Shown here piece after piece: positions 1 to 9,629 of a DNA stretch of 64,000 nt. Both the position numbers and the translations under genes were made by a program. Each line of letters opens with the position of its first letter. The stretch's first letter is position 1. The DNA comes from Bdellovibrionales bacterium (GTDB lineage: Bacteria; Bdellovibrionota; Bdellovibrionia; Bdellovibrionales; CAYMLA01): positions 768,001-832,000 of the forward strand of contig OZ244239.1 of assembly GCA_965217115.1 (NCBI GenBank). The letters run 5' to 3'. The notes under the pieces were generated by a model. The model saw only the letters and a program-made list of their open reading frames with translations, was not told the DNA's origin and searched no databases.

Positions 1-257
1 AATTGTCATTTGCTTGCAACTGTTTATATTACCTGGGATGGGAATATGCTAGGATATTTTTGCGATATAATAGCTCCTATAGCTCCTGGCGTCGAAGGAC
101 TGTTGATCTAAGGGCCTGGGAACTAAGAAAAAATTACAAGACTGTCTTATTTTGAACTAAAATCCCTTCTCTTCGTGTATAATCATCCATGGTATTTAAA
201 ACAAAGAACGGGAATAAGCCGTTATTGAAGTGAGCGTTCTATCTAAACATAAGGAGC

Positions 258-1370
258 ATGGATATGAAGAAAGTATTTATTCTTATCATAGCATTTTGTC
301 TTTATTCTAATTATGGAATAGCGTTATCTGTTGGAACCTACAACACTTGGCACGGTCTTAACGGCCAAGGAAAGATCTCCATAGGGGAACTTGAAGCAGC
401 CCATGAGAGAAAGTCGCGAGAAGAAGATCAAGACGAGTACTTAAAAAATCTAATAACTGATAAGCTTGATATCACTTTCTTGCAAGAAGTTAACCCTGTC
501 TATAAACGCTCAGAAAAGTGGTCCGCATCTACAGGTAAAGACTCTGTTGCCGGTGTTGATAATTGTGGCTTAAAACTAATGGGTTTGGGAATCCCAACCA
601 ACCTGTATTCTGGTCTAACCATCGTAGCAAATAAAGAGTATCAACTGAAAAAGATTGCCACCCATGCATTGAGTGGCGGCGGTTTCGTCATCTCTTCCCA
701 CTTCTGCGCTCATTTTTCAGAAAGACGAGCGGCTCTTTTTGCAACAGTAGTCATTCCCGGTTATGGAAAAACACTTCTCGTTAATACTCATCTACACCAT
801 AGACATGGCATAAGCCTCCACTATAAGACTTTTCTTGATCAAAAATTAACCGATGGCCAAATAGATTCCCAAGAGCATCGTCTCCTAACTCAAAGAGCTG
901 AGAATGCCACAGAGAGAAGAAAAAATGAACTCACTCAACTCATAGGTTATGTCAAAAAATATAAGAAAGAGTTTTCTGTGGAAAATGTTATTGTTGCCGG
1001 CGATTTTAATATGGACATCCATAGAGACGGAAAAAACCTTCAACGCTTTGAAAAAGAGACTGACCTTGTTTTTCCTTTAGACTCTGTGGGTTTAAATTAT
1101 TATTCTTGGTGGCCAGAGGAAAATAGTAATAAAGACTATATTTTTGATTTTATTGCAGATGAACTTGAGAATGATTCAGATATCACTGAAGATATGCGCA
1201 CTGTTTTGTTAGAGGAAGAAGGCAAACCTCGTTTAATTGATTTGATGTATTTCTCAGAAGGTTTTCTTAAGGACTCCCCGCCCCTCTTTTCTCCCATCGG
1301 CTTTGAGAAAAGCCCTGACGATCGTCATCTCTCAGATCATTTTGGTTACACACTGGAATTTCCTCTCTAG
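258..1370 (+). CDS. Secreted endonuclease/exonuclease/phosphatase (EEP) family protein
   Basis: Signal peptide; motifs TYNT, LQEV, NTHL, GDFN, IDLMY, SDH typical of the EEP fold. Start may be ATG 264 (better spacing to AAGGAG). Confidence 0.9.
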   Translation: MDMKKVFILIIAFCLYSNYGIALSVGTYNTWHGLNGQGKISIGELEAAHERKSREEDQDEYLKNLITDKLDITFLQEVNPVYKRSEKWSASTGKDSVAGVDNCGLKLMGLGIPTNLYSGLTIVANKEYQLKKIATHALSGGGFVISSHFCAHFSERRAALFATVVIPGYGKTLLVNTHLHHRHGISLHYKTFLDQKLTDGQIDSQEHRLLTQRAENATERRKNELTQLIGYVKKYKKEFSVENVIVAGDFNMDIHRDGKNLQRFEKETDLVFPLDSVGLNYYSWWPEENSNKDYIFDFIADELENDSDITEDMRTVLLEEEGKPRLIDLMYFSEGFLKDSPPLFSPIGFEKSPDDRHLSDHFGYTLEFPL

Positions 1371-1397
1371 TTCATTCGACTTGTAAATATAAAAAAG

Positions 1398-1431
1398 ACA
1401 GTTCCACATAATCACTTGTGGAACTGTTTAA
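1398..1431 (+). terminator. Probable intrinsic terminator
   Basis: acagttccaca-N8-tgtggaactgt stem directly after the EEP gene. Confidence 0.6.
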
Positions 1432-1624
1432 TTAAAACCCCCTAGAATTTCCACAATCAAACACCGCCTTTCTCAGACGAGCACTCCTTTAAAGTAACGC
1501 GCCGCCCTCCCCTCTGGTTGTTAAAGCTTTTTTACTTGAATTCCATTGCTTTTCTAAATATTTAAGTGCTTACAAAAGATCTCACTTAGGTGTGAATTCT
1601 TAGAATTACTTATCCTCGCAAGGA

Positions 1625-4159
1625 GTGGCTATGACCTTTAAAAATTGTTCTTTTATTTTCGCTGTTTTCTTTTTCCTCTCTGTTATTGGGCAGGCCCAAG
1701 AATCAAATACAACTGAGAAAATAAACACTTCGAAATCTGATTCAAAAAGACAGACACCCGCCTCAAGTGGAACCAAAAAATCACATGCCGAAAAAATTAC
1801 GGTGACAGGATCTCTGATCCAACGAATTAACTTAGAAGGCCCTTCACCCCTAGTGATTATCGATCGTGAAGAAATCGAAAAATCGGGTTTTAATGAAATT
1901 GGTACTTTGCTTAGAAAATCTACAGTTAGCCCCCTTGGAGGCTCAAGTTCTAACGCCAATCTCAAAGGACTTGGACCAAGCAGAACTCTTGTTCTCATCA
2001 ACGGTCAGCGTGTTTCTGCCGTTGGAGACAGCTACAGTTCGAGCACCGATATTAATCTTGTCCCCTTAGCCGCCGTTGAACGTATTGAGGTCTTAAAGGC
2101 AGGAGCTTCGGCGATTTATGGCTCCGATGCATTGGCGGGAGTCATTAACATCATCACTCGTAAAAACATCGCAGACCGCTATTTGAATGTCAAACTTAGC
2201 ACCCCCTCTCAACCTGGTGGAAGTACTCTTAAAGCAAGTATGGCTATGGGTTTTGAAACAAGTAGAAGTTCTCTGACAACGAGTTTTCAGTATGGGACAT
2301 CCACTCAAGTCAATGCGAGTGACCGCAATTATCTGAAAGATATTAATAAGGCTTTTTATTTTTCTAATAATTACATCAACTCTAATGGACAGCTAAGAGC
2401 CTCCCCCAAATGTACACCTGTAAACAGCAACGACCGTTGTGAACAAGCCTTGGCCCACAAAAGTGTGTCGTTGCCTCAGCACGATTTTTCGGGGTTTGTT
2501 GACTACCATTATGAAATCGATTCAGAAATGGAGATGTTTTCAACCCTTATCTTACGTTATACAAAAAGCGAAGGTCGCAATTTTGCCGCCGCCACTTCTT
2601 CAGGTCTGAAGTTTGAACCTGGCGAAGCCCCTTTAGAATGGGGGGACATACTTCCGGATTATGAGCCGGGGGACCCTATTACCATCTTCCAGCGTTTGGA
2701 TGAAATGGGAGATAGGAGCTCTCAAGTAGATAACCTTTCTTGGGGACTGACCTTCGGGGCCAAGGGTTACTTCGGATCTGACTGGACGTGGATGGCTTCC
2801 AACAACACTCATCAGTACCTTACAGATGAAGTGAACTATAACTATGCCTTGAAAAAAGAAGTCAAAGACGCGATGGAGGAGGGGCGCTATAGTCCCTTTG
2901 ATGAGACTAAGAGGGATGTGACGGGGTTTGCTCATAATCCTTATTCCAAATCCTCTTATACCATTAACTCCTCTCAATTCACCTCCACAGGAGAAATTGG
3001 ACGGTGGTTGGGGGCTGATTGGTCAGCTGCCGGCGGAGCCTTCTTTCAACACTCCAAGTATACAGATAAACGTGACCAAGAGACTCTGGATTCTAAGGTT
3101 CTTGGGATCGGGGGCGCCACTGGTAGCGGAGAACGCTCTGTTGTCGCTGCCTTCTCTGAATTTCAAGTTCTCTTTGGCCCCTCTTTAGAAGTGCAGATAG
3201 CCCTTCGTCACGATCAGTACAGTGATTTTGGAGGAACAACCAATCCTAAGCTGGCTGCCCGTTGGCAAGTGAGCGATTCGTGGATGCTCCGTGGCACTGG
3301 AGGAACGGGCTTTCAAGCTCCGACTCTTCAAGATACCTACGGTCCCAAGCTTGAAGGCTTTGTTTTCATCTTGGATAAGAAGGGGTGTAAAGCAAACCCC
3401 AATGATGCTGAAATTTGTAAAAGTAAAGCTTATCCAGCGGAACAAGGGGCCAATCCCGATCTTACCGAAGAGATCTCTCAATCCTACACCCTAGGAACGG
3501 TGTATCAAGCCAGCAAAAATTTAAGCTTCTCTTTGGATTATTGGAAAACCAAAATTAACGATGTGGTGAGCTCGGATATTGATGGCCTTCTGGAAATTGA
3601 TGCCCTCGGAGTGGATGTCACCAAATACGGCGCTCGCATTGATCGTACTAGCGACGGTAGGATCGAATTTATTTCAGCTCCCTTGAGAAACTTTGCTAAT
3701 GAAGATGTCGATGGGTTTGACCTCTCTACAGATTATCGCTTCAAGGCCTGGGCGGGGAATGTTTCACTGCGTATGGACCACGTTCTTATGTTGCATTATT
3801 TACGTTCGAGTTACTCTGAACTTGGCGCCAAGGAGGAGTTGGGAACAGCTGGTACTCCTCGGTGGAGAAATGTGCTCACTCTAGGTTATGACCGTGCTAA
3901 TGGAAAATGGGGCGCTTCTTTGATCGCTCGTACAACCGATTCCCTGGAGAAAAGAAACCCTGATGCCAGTAAGATTCCTGTTTATACTGAAGCTGATCTA
4001 CAAACCTATTATCACTCTTCGATGGGTAAGCTCAGATTGGGATTTAACAACGTTCTTAATACACAGCCGACATTTGACGAGGGGCTCTCAAGTAAGATTG
4101 ATAGCACACTCTATGAGCGGCTTCGCACTGTCTATGTCACCTACGAGACCAAGTTCTAA
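1625..4159 (+). CDS. TonB-dependent outer membrane receptor
   Basis: Signal peptide, TonB box EKITVTGS, plug motifs RTLVLING and VERIEVLKAGASAIYGSDALAGVINIIT, C-terminal Phe. Start likely ATG 1631. Confidence 0.95.
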   Translation: MAMTFKNCSFIFAVFFFLSVIGQAQESNTTEKINTSKSDSKRQTPASSGTKKSHAEKITVTGSLIQRINLEGPSPLVIIDREEIEKSGFNEIGTLLRKSTVSPLGGSSSNANLKGLGPSRTLVLINGQRVSAVGDSYSSSTDINLVPLAAVERIEVLKAGASAIYGSDALAGVINIITRKNIADRYLNVKLSTPSQPGGSTLKASMAMGFETSRSSLTTSFQYGTSTQVNASDRNYLKDINKAFYFSNNYINSNGQLRASPKCTPVNSNDRCEQALAHKSVSLPQHDFSGFVDYHYEIDSEMEMFSTLILRYTKSEGRNFAAATSSGLKFEPGEAPLEWGDILPDYEPGDPITIFQRLDEMGDRSSQVDNLSWGLTFGAKGYFGSDWTWMASNNTHQYLTDEVNYNYALKKEVKDAMEEGRYSPFDETKRDVTGFAHNPYSKSSYTINSSQFTSTGEIGRWLGADWSAAGGAFFQHSKYTDKRDQETLDSKVLGIGGATGSGERSVVAAFSEFQVLFGPSLEVQIALRHDQYSDFGGTTNPKLAARWQVSDSWMLRGTGGTGFQAPTLQDTYGPKLEGFVFILDKKGCKANPNDAEICKSKAYPAEQGANPDLTEEISQSYTLGTVYQASKNLSFSLDYWKTKINDVVSSDIDGLLEIDALGVDVTKYGARIDRTSDGRIEFISAPLRNFANEDVDGFDLSTDYRFKAWAGNVSLRMDHVLMLHYLRSSYSELGAKEELGTAGTPRWRNVLTLGYDRANGKWGASLIARTTDSLEKRNPDASKIPVYTEADLQTYYHSSMGKLRLGFNNVLNTQPTFDEGLSSKIDSTLYERLRTVYVTYETKF

Positions 4160-4188
4160 CTTCACCACCCACGGGAGGGAGTCATAAA

Positions 4189-4629
4189 ATGAAGTACAAA
4201 TACAAAGCTCTCTCTCTGACACTGTTATTGATTTTTGTCATTGATATTGAAACGTCACACTCTACAAAACCATGTTGGCCCAACTCTTATTTTTCAAATC
4301 AGGAATTAAAACTGAGTGACTGGATAGAAAAATCTGATTGGGCTGTAAAAGTAGAAGTGACAAAAATTTTCCATAAATTCGTTCCATTTCTTAACTGTGG
4401 CTCAAAGAATCAGGCTAAATGCAAGAAGCATGATAAAGGGACTTTTAAAGCCACGATTTTAGAGAATAACAAAGGAACTTTTTTTGAGAAAAACGCGGAG
4501 TTTGTTTTCACTCCAGGCTACTGCGCAAAAGCCCCCCCCTCAAGTCTTGGATCCTATATTATCTATGGGTTTTACAAACCAGATAAAAAGAAATCTGTTT
4601 ATAACGGCTTTCATAGAAGTCAGCATTAA
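4189..4629 (+). CDS. Hypothetical secreted protein
   Basis: RBS, signal-like N-terminus, 4 Cys. Confidence 0.7.
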   Translation: MKYKYKALSLTLLLIFVIDIETSHSTKPCWPNSYFSNQELKLSDWIEKSDWAVKVEVTKIFHKFVPFLNCGSKNQAKCKKHDKGTFKATILENNKGTFFEKNAEFVFTPGYCAKAPPSSLGSYIIYGFYKPDKKKSVYNGFHRSQH

Positions 4630-4648
4630 AAAAAAGCCTCCTTTTAAA

Positions 4649-4997
4649 AGTTCTTTATGACAAACAATCGTGGAGCCAGTTTTTTTTCTGATGAGCTGTT
4701 TTTTTTCTAGAGTCTCTCCCAAAAGAATCCAGCCCTTTTCTTGCTCAAACATTCGTTTGTCACCTCCCATTGCAGAGAAATGCAATGGAAGTCGCCAAGC
4801 CAAACTCGCCGAAAAGAACTGGATTCTTTTGGGAGAGACCCTAGAAAAAAATGCCGTATTCAATCAATGGGTCAATGGATCTCTTTCTATGACTGACCTC
4901 CATGTATAACAACGCTGTTATCCATGGATAGTTTTAGAAAGAGAACCCTCAAGATGAGGTCTCTTGGGAACAGTTCCACTATTTATCACAAAGAACC
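4649..4997 (+). mobile_element. MITE-like element copy 1 (no matching target duplication)
   Basis: Terminal inverted repeats gttctttatgacaaa / tttatcacaaagaac; internal 33-bp inverted repeat 4700-4732 / 4819-4851; near-identical to four other copies. Confidence 0.9.
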
Positions 4998-5000
4998 TGA

Positions 5001-5087
5001 AAAATACCTGTCAATTAAAGCTTAAACATCTATGGGCAGAGCTTGTCACTCAGACGACAAGGCCCATTTAGTCCCCTTCCGTGGATA
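5001..5087 (+). repeat. Intergenic module B copy 1
   Basis: About 87 bp nearly identical to 6739-6824; internal hairpin cttgtc...gacaag. Confidence 0.85.
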
Positions 5088-5104
5088 ACGCAGGAGAAGC
5101 CTCC

Positions 5105-5256
5105 TTTTAAAACTCTAAACTGACAATCTACGCAAGGGGTTAGACACCTCAAAAAACCTCAGGTACCGATAAACTGATATTTGAGCTGTTTTCTCGATGG
5201 CATAGAATATGTACTCTAAACCCTTGAAATTAAAGGTGTCAGTCTGATTTAGGAGA
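5105..5256 (+). promoter_or_regulatory. Portable upstream module C copy 1 (promoter-like plus RBS)
   Basis: About 150 bp similar to 60935-61088; contains TGGCATAGAATATGT (sigma54-like GG-N10-GT) and ends in TTAGGAG. Confidence 0.65.
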
Positions 5257-5261
5257 GGCCT

Positions 5262-6122
5262 ATGAAAAATTTGCTTAAAATAAGACGGTGTGGTTTTCTT
5301 TATTTGATTGGCCTGATGATGTTCGCGGACTCTGCTCAGGCTGGATTTGTCTCAATGGCAATTTATACTGGAGCCGATGAAGAAGTGAGAAGGCCTTTAG
5401 GTGCCATTCAAAATTTCTCAAATCATATAATAGAAATGACTGATTGGGATGCCTCTCTTGTACTAAGAGGTTACCCCCTAAGTGATCCTCAGAGTGTTTC
5501 ACATATTGTGCTTCATCTACATGGAAATGCAGAAAATCACTTCTCAGGAGATAGAGTTCAAAAAACATTTAATAGGCAATTTGGAAATAAGAAGATTCAA
5601 GTCTATACGCTCCAATATCCTGGGTACTCTGGAAGCGATATTTATAAGTCAGAGAAATCATTTGTTCAAGCTGGATTGGCAGCCTACAAAAAGCTACACT
5701 CCGCATTCCCCCATTCTAGTATAAGTATTTGGGGCTTTTCTGTGGGGGCGGGAGTAGCGACTCAGGTGGCTTCTCGTGTAGATGGTCTTGACTTGTTAGT
5801 TCTATCTTCTGGATGGACAAGCTCAAAATCTGCCTGTGAAGAACACGTGAGCATTTTTTCCATATTTATTTGTAATGATGACGAGAACAAGTATGAGACA
5901 GAAAAAGTTATCGCCGACATTCAAAGTCCTGTCGTCTTATTTCATGGGGGGCAAGATAACATGATTTCTGTAAGTCATTCAGTAAAAAACATGTCCGTGC
6001 TGAGGAGAAATAGTTCTCGTACCTACGAAGATAAATTAATTATTCGAGAAGGAAAAAACCATAATAATCTTCATGACGAAAAAACACTAAGGCTATTAGG
6101 TGAAATTATTATAAAACTGTAG
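5262..6122 (+). CDS. Secreted alpha/beta hydrolase
   Basis: HGNAE oxyanion motif, YPGY, GFSVG nucleophile elbow, FHGGQD, C-terminal His. Confidence 0.9.
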   Translation: MKNLLKIRRCGFLYLIGLMMFADSAQAGFVSMAIYTGADEEVRRPLGAIQNFSNHIIEMTDWDASLVLRGYPLSDPQSVSHIVLHLHGNAENHFSGDRVQKTFNRQFGNKKIQVYTLQYPGYSGSDIYKSEKSFVQAGLAAYKKLHSAFPHSSISIWGFSVGAGVATQVASRVDGLDLLVLSSGWTSSKSACEEHVSIFSIFICNDDENKYETEKVIADIQSPVVLFHGGQDNMISVSHSVKNMSVLRRNSSRTYEDKLIIREGKNHNNLHDEKTLRLLGEIIIKL

Positions 6123-6218
6123 ATGAGTATAAACAAGACAGGGTATGTTTTTTTGCAGCATAGACAAAGAAAATATTGACGCAATATTTGTAACAGGTAA
6201 TTAATAAGGAAAAGGCGA

Positions 6219-6656
6219 ATGAAAAAAACCATTATCGTATTAACTGTCTTCGTAGCTACTCTTTCAAATGCAGCTTCATCAAGTTGGATCTACGAACGTG
6301 ATACCTCTGATAAAAATGATATAGATGATACTGTGTGTGAAGTGACCATTGATTTAGAATCAGAGTCAGTGTCTCTTGAGGGTCGGACTGTTAGAGGACC
6401 TATTATAGAATCAGATAACTTGATTGTAATCAATGGCGACAAATACGACTCAGTCATTGAAAGTGGATGGACATTTGGCGGTAGAGTCATTCAAAAAGCT
6501 GAAATAGAATTATCTTCCGATGGAGAGCCTGTAAGAGTTAAAGTATATGAAATGAAGTCAAAGGGGGTTATGGAAAAAGTCATTTCCTTTATACCAATCT
6601 CTAATTTTGGATTAAGAAGTGACTCGATATCCTGTGTTGTTACACCTGTGGACTAA
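6219..6656 (+). CDS. Hypothetical secreted protein
   Basis: RBS and Sec signal peptide MKKTIIVLTVFVATLSNA. Confidence 0.75.
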   Translation: MKKTIIVLTVFVATLSNAASSSWIYERDTSDKNDIDDTVCEVTIDLESESVSLEGRTVRGPIIESDNLIVINGDKYDSVIESGWTFGGRVIQKAEIELSSDGEPVRVKVYEMKSKGVMEKVISFIPISNFGLRSDSISCVVTPVD

Positions 6657-6738
6657 ATTCTGTTGATTAAACAGAGTTTTCCAATGTTTTTTTACCCTTA
6701 GATTTGCAACTAAGCCTTACTCCTAAAAATTGAATGTC

Positions 6739-6824
6739 AAAATACCTGTCAATTAAAGCTTAAACACCCATGGGCAGAGCTTGTCACTCAGACGACAAGG
6801 CCCTTTAGTCCCCTTCCATGGATA
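6739..6824 (+). repeat. Intergenic module B copy 2
   Basis: Matches 5001-5087. Confidence 0.85.
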
Positions 6825-7055
6825 GCCTGGTAATAGAAAGTACAAGAGGCTGCCTGTGTTAAAACTGGCATATAAATAGCTATATAAGTTATCAGAAATG
6901 TTAAAAACCCAATAACTCCCCTTTGGGGAGACGAGTGACGCAATTTGTGTCACTCGTATAAACAATTTAGGAGAATAAAGTTAAATTATACTAGCTACTT
7001 ATAAAGTACATGGGTCCAAGTCACTTGAGCCAGGTTGAGAAATTGACACTATTAA

Positions 7056-7118
7056 ATAATTTCCTCCTCAAAGGCATTGAAATCGACTATAGATACCCAA
7101 GGATTCAAAATGAATCGA
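7056..7118 (+). repeat. Intergenic module E copy 1 (upstream, promoter-like)
   Basis: cctcaaaggcattgaaatcgactata aligns with cctcaaaggcgttgatagcgactata at 7873-7935. Confidence 0.7.
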
Positions 7119-7192
7119 GAGCTTTAACCTAACCGAACAGTTCAATTGAACATTTCAATCGAGCATTTCAACCAAAGATAAGGAGAGGGAAT

Positions 7193-7690
7193 ATGAAAAA
7201 AATATTACTGGTATGGATCGTGTCTGCTTTAAGCACCTCTGTAATGGCATTAACAAATGTAGATCAGGATCGCTTAACTGAATAGTATGAAGCTGCGGTG
7301 AGCTGCTCTCTTGATATTAAAGGGGAGAATTTGACTTTTGTCCTTATGAGTCCTCAGAAAAAACGTGTCCCATTTTCACTTCTTTTTGACAGATCTGCTG
7401 GCCGAGAATATTCCACGCCATTGTTTGCCAGTCTTGTCTCAAAAAAAGTCTCTGAAACAATGAGTTTTTTTCTTTTTACTAAAATAGAAACAGGCTCTGT
7501 AGAAAAAAATAAATCCTTTCGTCTTCAATCGCCAGAGATCAATGGCTTCTGGGATTCCACTGTAAAATTTGAATTAAAATATAATTTTACAAAGAAGCGT
7601 ATCGACGGAACATTTAGTCTAAAAGGACGGGACGAAGATTTTGACCACTATGCCCTAAAGAACTGTCAGCTATTAAATGGCCCTCAGTAG
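7193..7690 (+). pseudogene. Secreted protein gene interrupted by an in-frame TAG at 7283-7285
   Basis: AAGGAG RBS, ATG 7193, signal peptide MKKILLVWIVSALSTSVMA, TAG at codon 31, then same frame as the listed 7298-7690 ORF. Confidence 0.8.
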
Positions 7691-7699
7691 TCGTAAATG

Positions 7700-7731
7700 T
7701 TTTTAGAAGGGCCTAGGGGCTCTTCTAAAAA
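7700..7731 (+). terminator. Probable intrinsic terminator
   Basis: tttttagaagggcc...ggctcttctaaaaa inverted repeat after stop. Confidence 0.6.
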
Positions 7732-7768
7732 TATATTTCTATCTGGACTGATCCTCAGTCGATAAATC

Positions 7769-7843
7769 GAGGGGATTATGAGAAGCCCACTGCAGAATGG
7801 TCCCTCTCTTTGTGTTTGAAAGACCCCGACTTTAAAGGCAAAT
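7769..7843 (+). repeat. Intergenic module D copy 1
   Basis: Diverged match to 8764-8839 (gattatg...ccactgc...ctctctttg...tttaaaggc). Confidence 0.7.
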
Positions 7844-7872
7844 TCGGGAAATAAAAAAAATTACATTGCTAG

Positions 7873-7935
7873 ATGATTTTCCCCTCAAAGGCGTTGATAG
7901 CGACTATAATCGGTCAAAAATTTAAAACAAATAGA
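7873..7935 (+). repeat. Intergenic module E copy 2
   Basis: Matches 7056-7118; contains TATAAT. Confidence 0.7.
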
Positions 7936-7967
7936 TAAAATATAATCATCCCTTTCTAAGGAGCCAC

Positions 7968-8741
7968 TTGAATCAGTCAGTCTCACTTTTGAATTCAGAA
8001 AGCACGGACCTCTCAAGTCTTTTAAAGGCATTCAGGTATATTAATAAAAACCCTGCTTACAACCCTTTTGAATTTAACTATACTAAGCAGGAGATCAGTG
8101 CATTTAATAGTCTGAAGACTGCTTATTCTGAATCTCTGGATTTGTTAGAACAAAATAAACTTCCTACTTCCAGGCTTATTTGCCTTAAAGCCGATGGAAA
8201 TCAAGATGGTCATGCTCTCTACTTAGAAAATGAAGCTATCACCTTTATTGATTTGAAGGTTTATGTACATCATTTAAACCAAGGGGGATTTGATCAATTT
8301 TCTCATTTACTCCATGAAATGTTACATGCTTCACACTATACATTAAATAAAAATCTCAGCCCATCTGCTCTTATTAATAAAGAAAATCCTCTTTTGGCTA
8401 AATCTTTGGCTGAAGGAGTGGCTGTCTCTCTGGCAGAAAACCTGTCTCCTCAAAAGGATAATTTTTGGTTTGGCTATCTAGATAATGAACTCAAAGAAGC
8501 TTGGGCTCGAAACGCAGAAAAATATTATAAAAATGATCTCCATGCCCTCAAGACAGGTGAGTATTCAAAAGAACAGGAGATCAACTTGCTTGGCTTAAGT
8601 GATTTTTCTAATAACAGTCTTATAAGAGGACGACGCTCTTACTATACAGTTCCAAAATTTTTAAAAAATCAGAATTTAACTACAGATGAAATTATCAAGT
8701 TATCAGTCTCTAATTTTCGTCATTTAATCACTAGGTTTTAA
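7968..8741 (+). CDS. Putative Zn-dependent protease (DUF2268-like gluzincin), possibly 5'-truncated
   Basis: HEMLH plus downstream AEGVA; TTG start with AAGGAG. Confidence 0.65.
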   Translation: MNQSVSLLNSESTDLSSLLKAFRYINKNPAYNPFEFNYTKQEISAFNSLKTAYSESLDLLEQNKLPTSRLICLKADGNQDGHALYLENEAITFIDLKVYVHHLNQGGFDQFSHLLHEMLHASHYTLNKNLSPSALINKENPLLAKSLAEGVAVSLAENLSPQKDNFWFGYLDNELKEAWARNAEKYYKNDLHALKTGEYSKEQEINLLGLSDFSNNSLIRGRRSYYTVPKFLKNQNLTTDEIIKLSVSNFRHLITRF

Positions 8742-8763
8742 AAACTATCTTCTTCCCTTGAGG

Positions 8764-8839
8764 GAGGAGATTATGGGAGATCCACTGCCGGAGTGGCCTC
8801 TCTCTTTGAACTCGGAAAACACCGCTTTTAAAGGCGAAT
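8764..8839 (+). repeat. Intergenic module D copy 2
   Basis: Matches 7769-7843. Confidence 0.7.
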
Positions 8840-8981
8840 GAAAAACTGAGGCCTTTAAACTTGTAAGAATTACTCTGTCATTGCGTTAAATCGATTGCCT
8901 TTTGCTTATTTGTGGGAGAGAGAGTAGATGTTTATTTAATTAAAGACACTACAGGCAAGGCTCGTAAATAAGGAGGGTTTC

Positions 8982-9359
8982 ATGAAAAAGAACATAGCAC
9001 TTTTGTGCACTTTAAGCTTAATGGTTTTTGGAAGTCCTAGGCAAGCATGGTCTAAAGACAGTGTTACAACGTCTCCAGAATCTACAGTCTATGTAAAAGA
9101 ATTCAAGACTCTAGGTCGTTCTTGTTATGGACGTACCAGGAGACCCCAAGGTAGCTTTAATGCTCTTCAAGAGGCCATGACAATGACAAGAGAAGATGTA
9201 AAAAGATGGTGTGATGACTTGGGTGGGATTTCTTCGACTCCGCCTTGGGGGCCTTTAGAAGTCCTTGTACATACAAAACACACATCTCCAACTGGCTGCC
9301 ATGGAGATGTCGTGGTCATAAGTGACTTTGTATGCACTGTTGAGAAAAGAGCGCTTTAA
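8982..9359 (+). CDS. Hypothetical secreted Cys-containing protein
   Basis: Strong RBS AAGGAGG, signal peptide, 4 Cys in mature part. Confidence 0.75.
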   Translation: MKKNIALLCTLSLMVFGSPRQAWSKDSVTTSPESTVYVKEFKTLGRSCYGRTRRPQGSFNALQEAMTMTREDVKRWCDDLGGISSTPPWGPLEVLVHTKHTSPTGCHGDVVVISDFVCTVEKRAL

Positions 9360-9629
9360 TATTTTGCCTTTAAAAAGCCACCTGGGCATCTAGAACCAGA
9401 GACATAAAAATGTCTAATTACAATCAATAAAAATAGTTATTATCTTTATTTCTTCTTCTCTGCCAAGATTCTTTTTGTCAGGGGGAGGAATGAAAAGCAT
9501 ATAAAAATGCCCTTGCCTTTTTCTGGGAATCACTTGTTTTAAGTGACCCACGGATTCTAAGAAGACATTTAAGTGTTTTTTATGTATCTCGCTGTGAATA
9601 ATAAATAAAAAACCAAAAGGAGATGGAAA

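Noticed and set aside
1430..1625. Cobalamin/TPP riboswitch or Fur box before the TonB receptor
   Set aside because: No recognisable conserved motifs.
4540..4909. ORFs of 60-110 aa overlapping the MITE copies (also 21065-21320, 38867-39157, 60700-60954)
   Set aside because: By-products of the palindromic repeat; starts, stops and frames differ among copies; no transposase motifs.
5149..5172. FliA promoter inside module C (TCAA...ACCGATAA)
   Set aside because: Spacer is 12 nt, too short for the sigma28 consensus.
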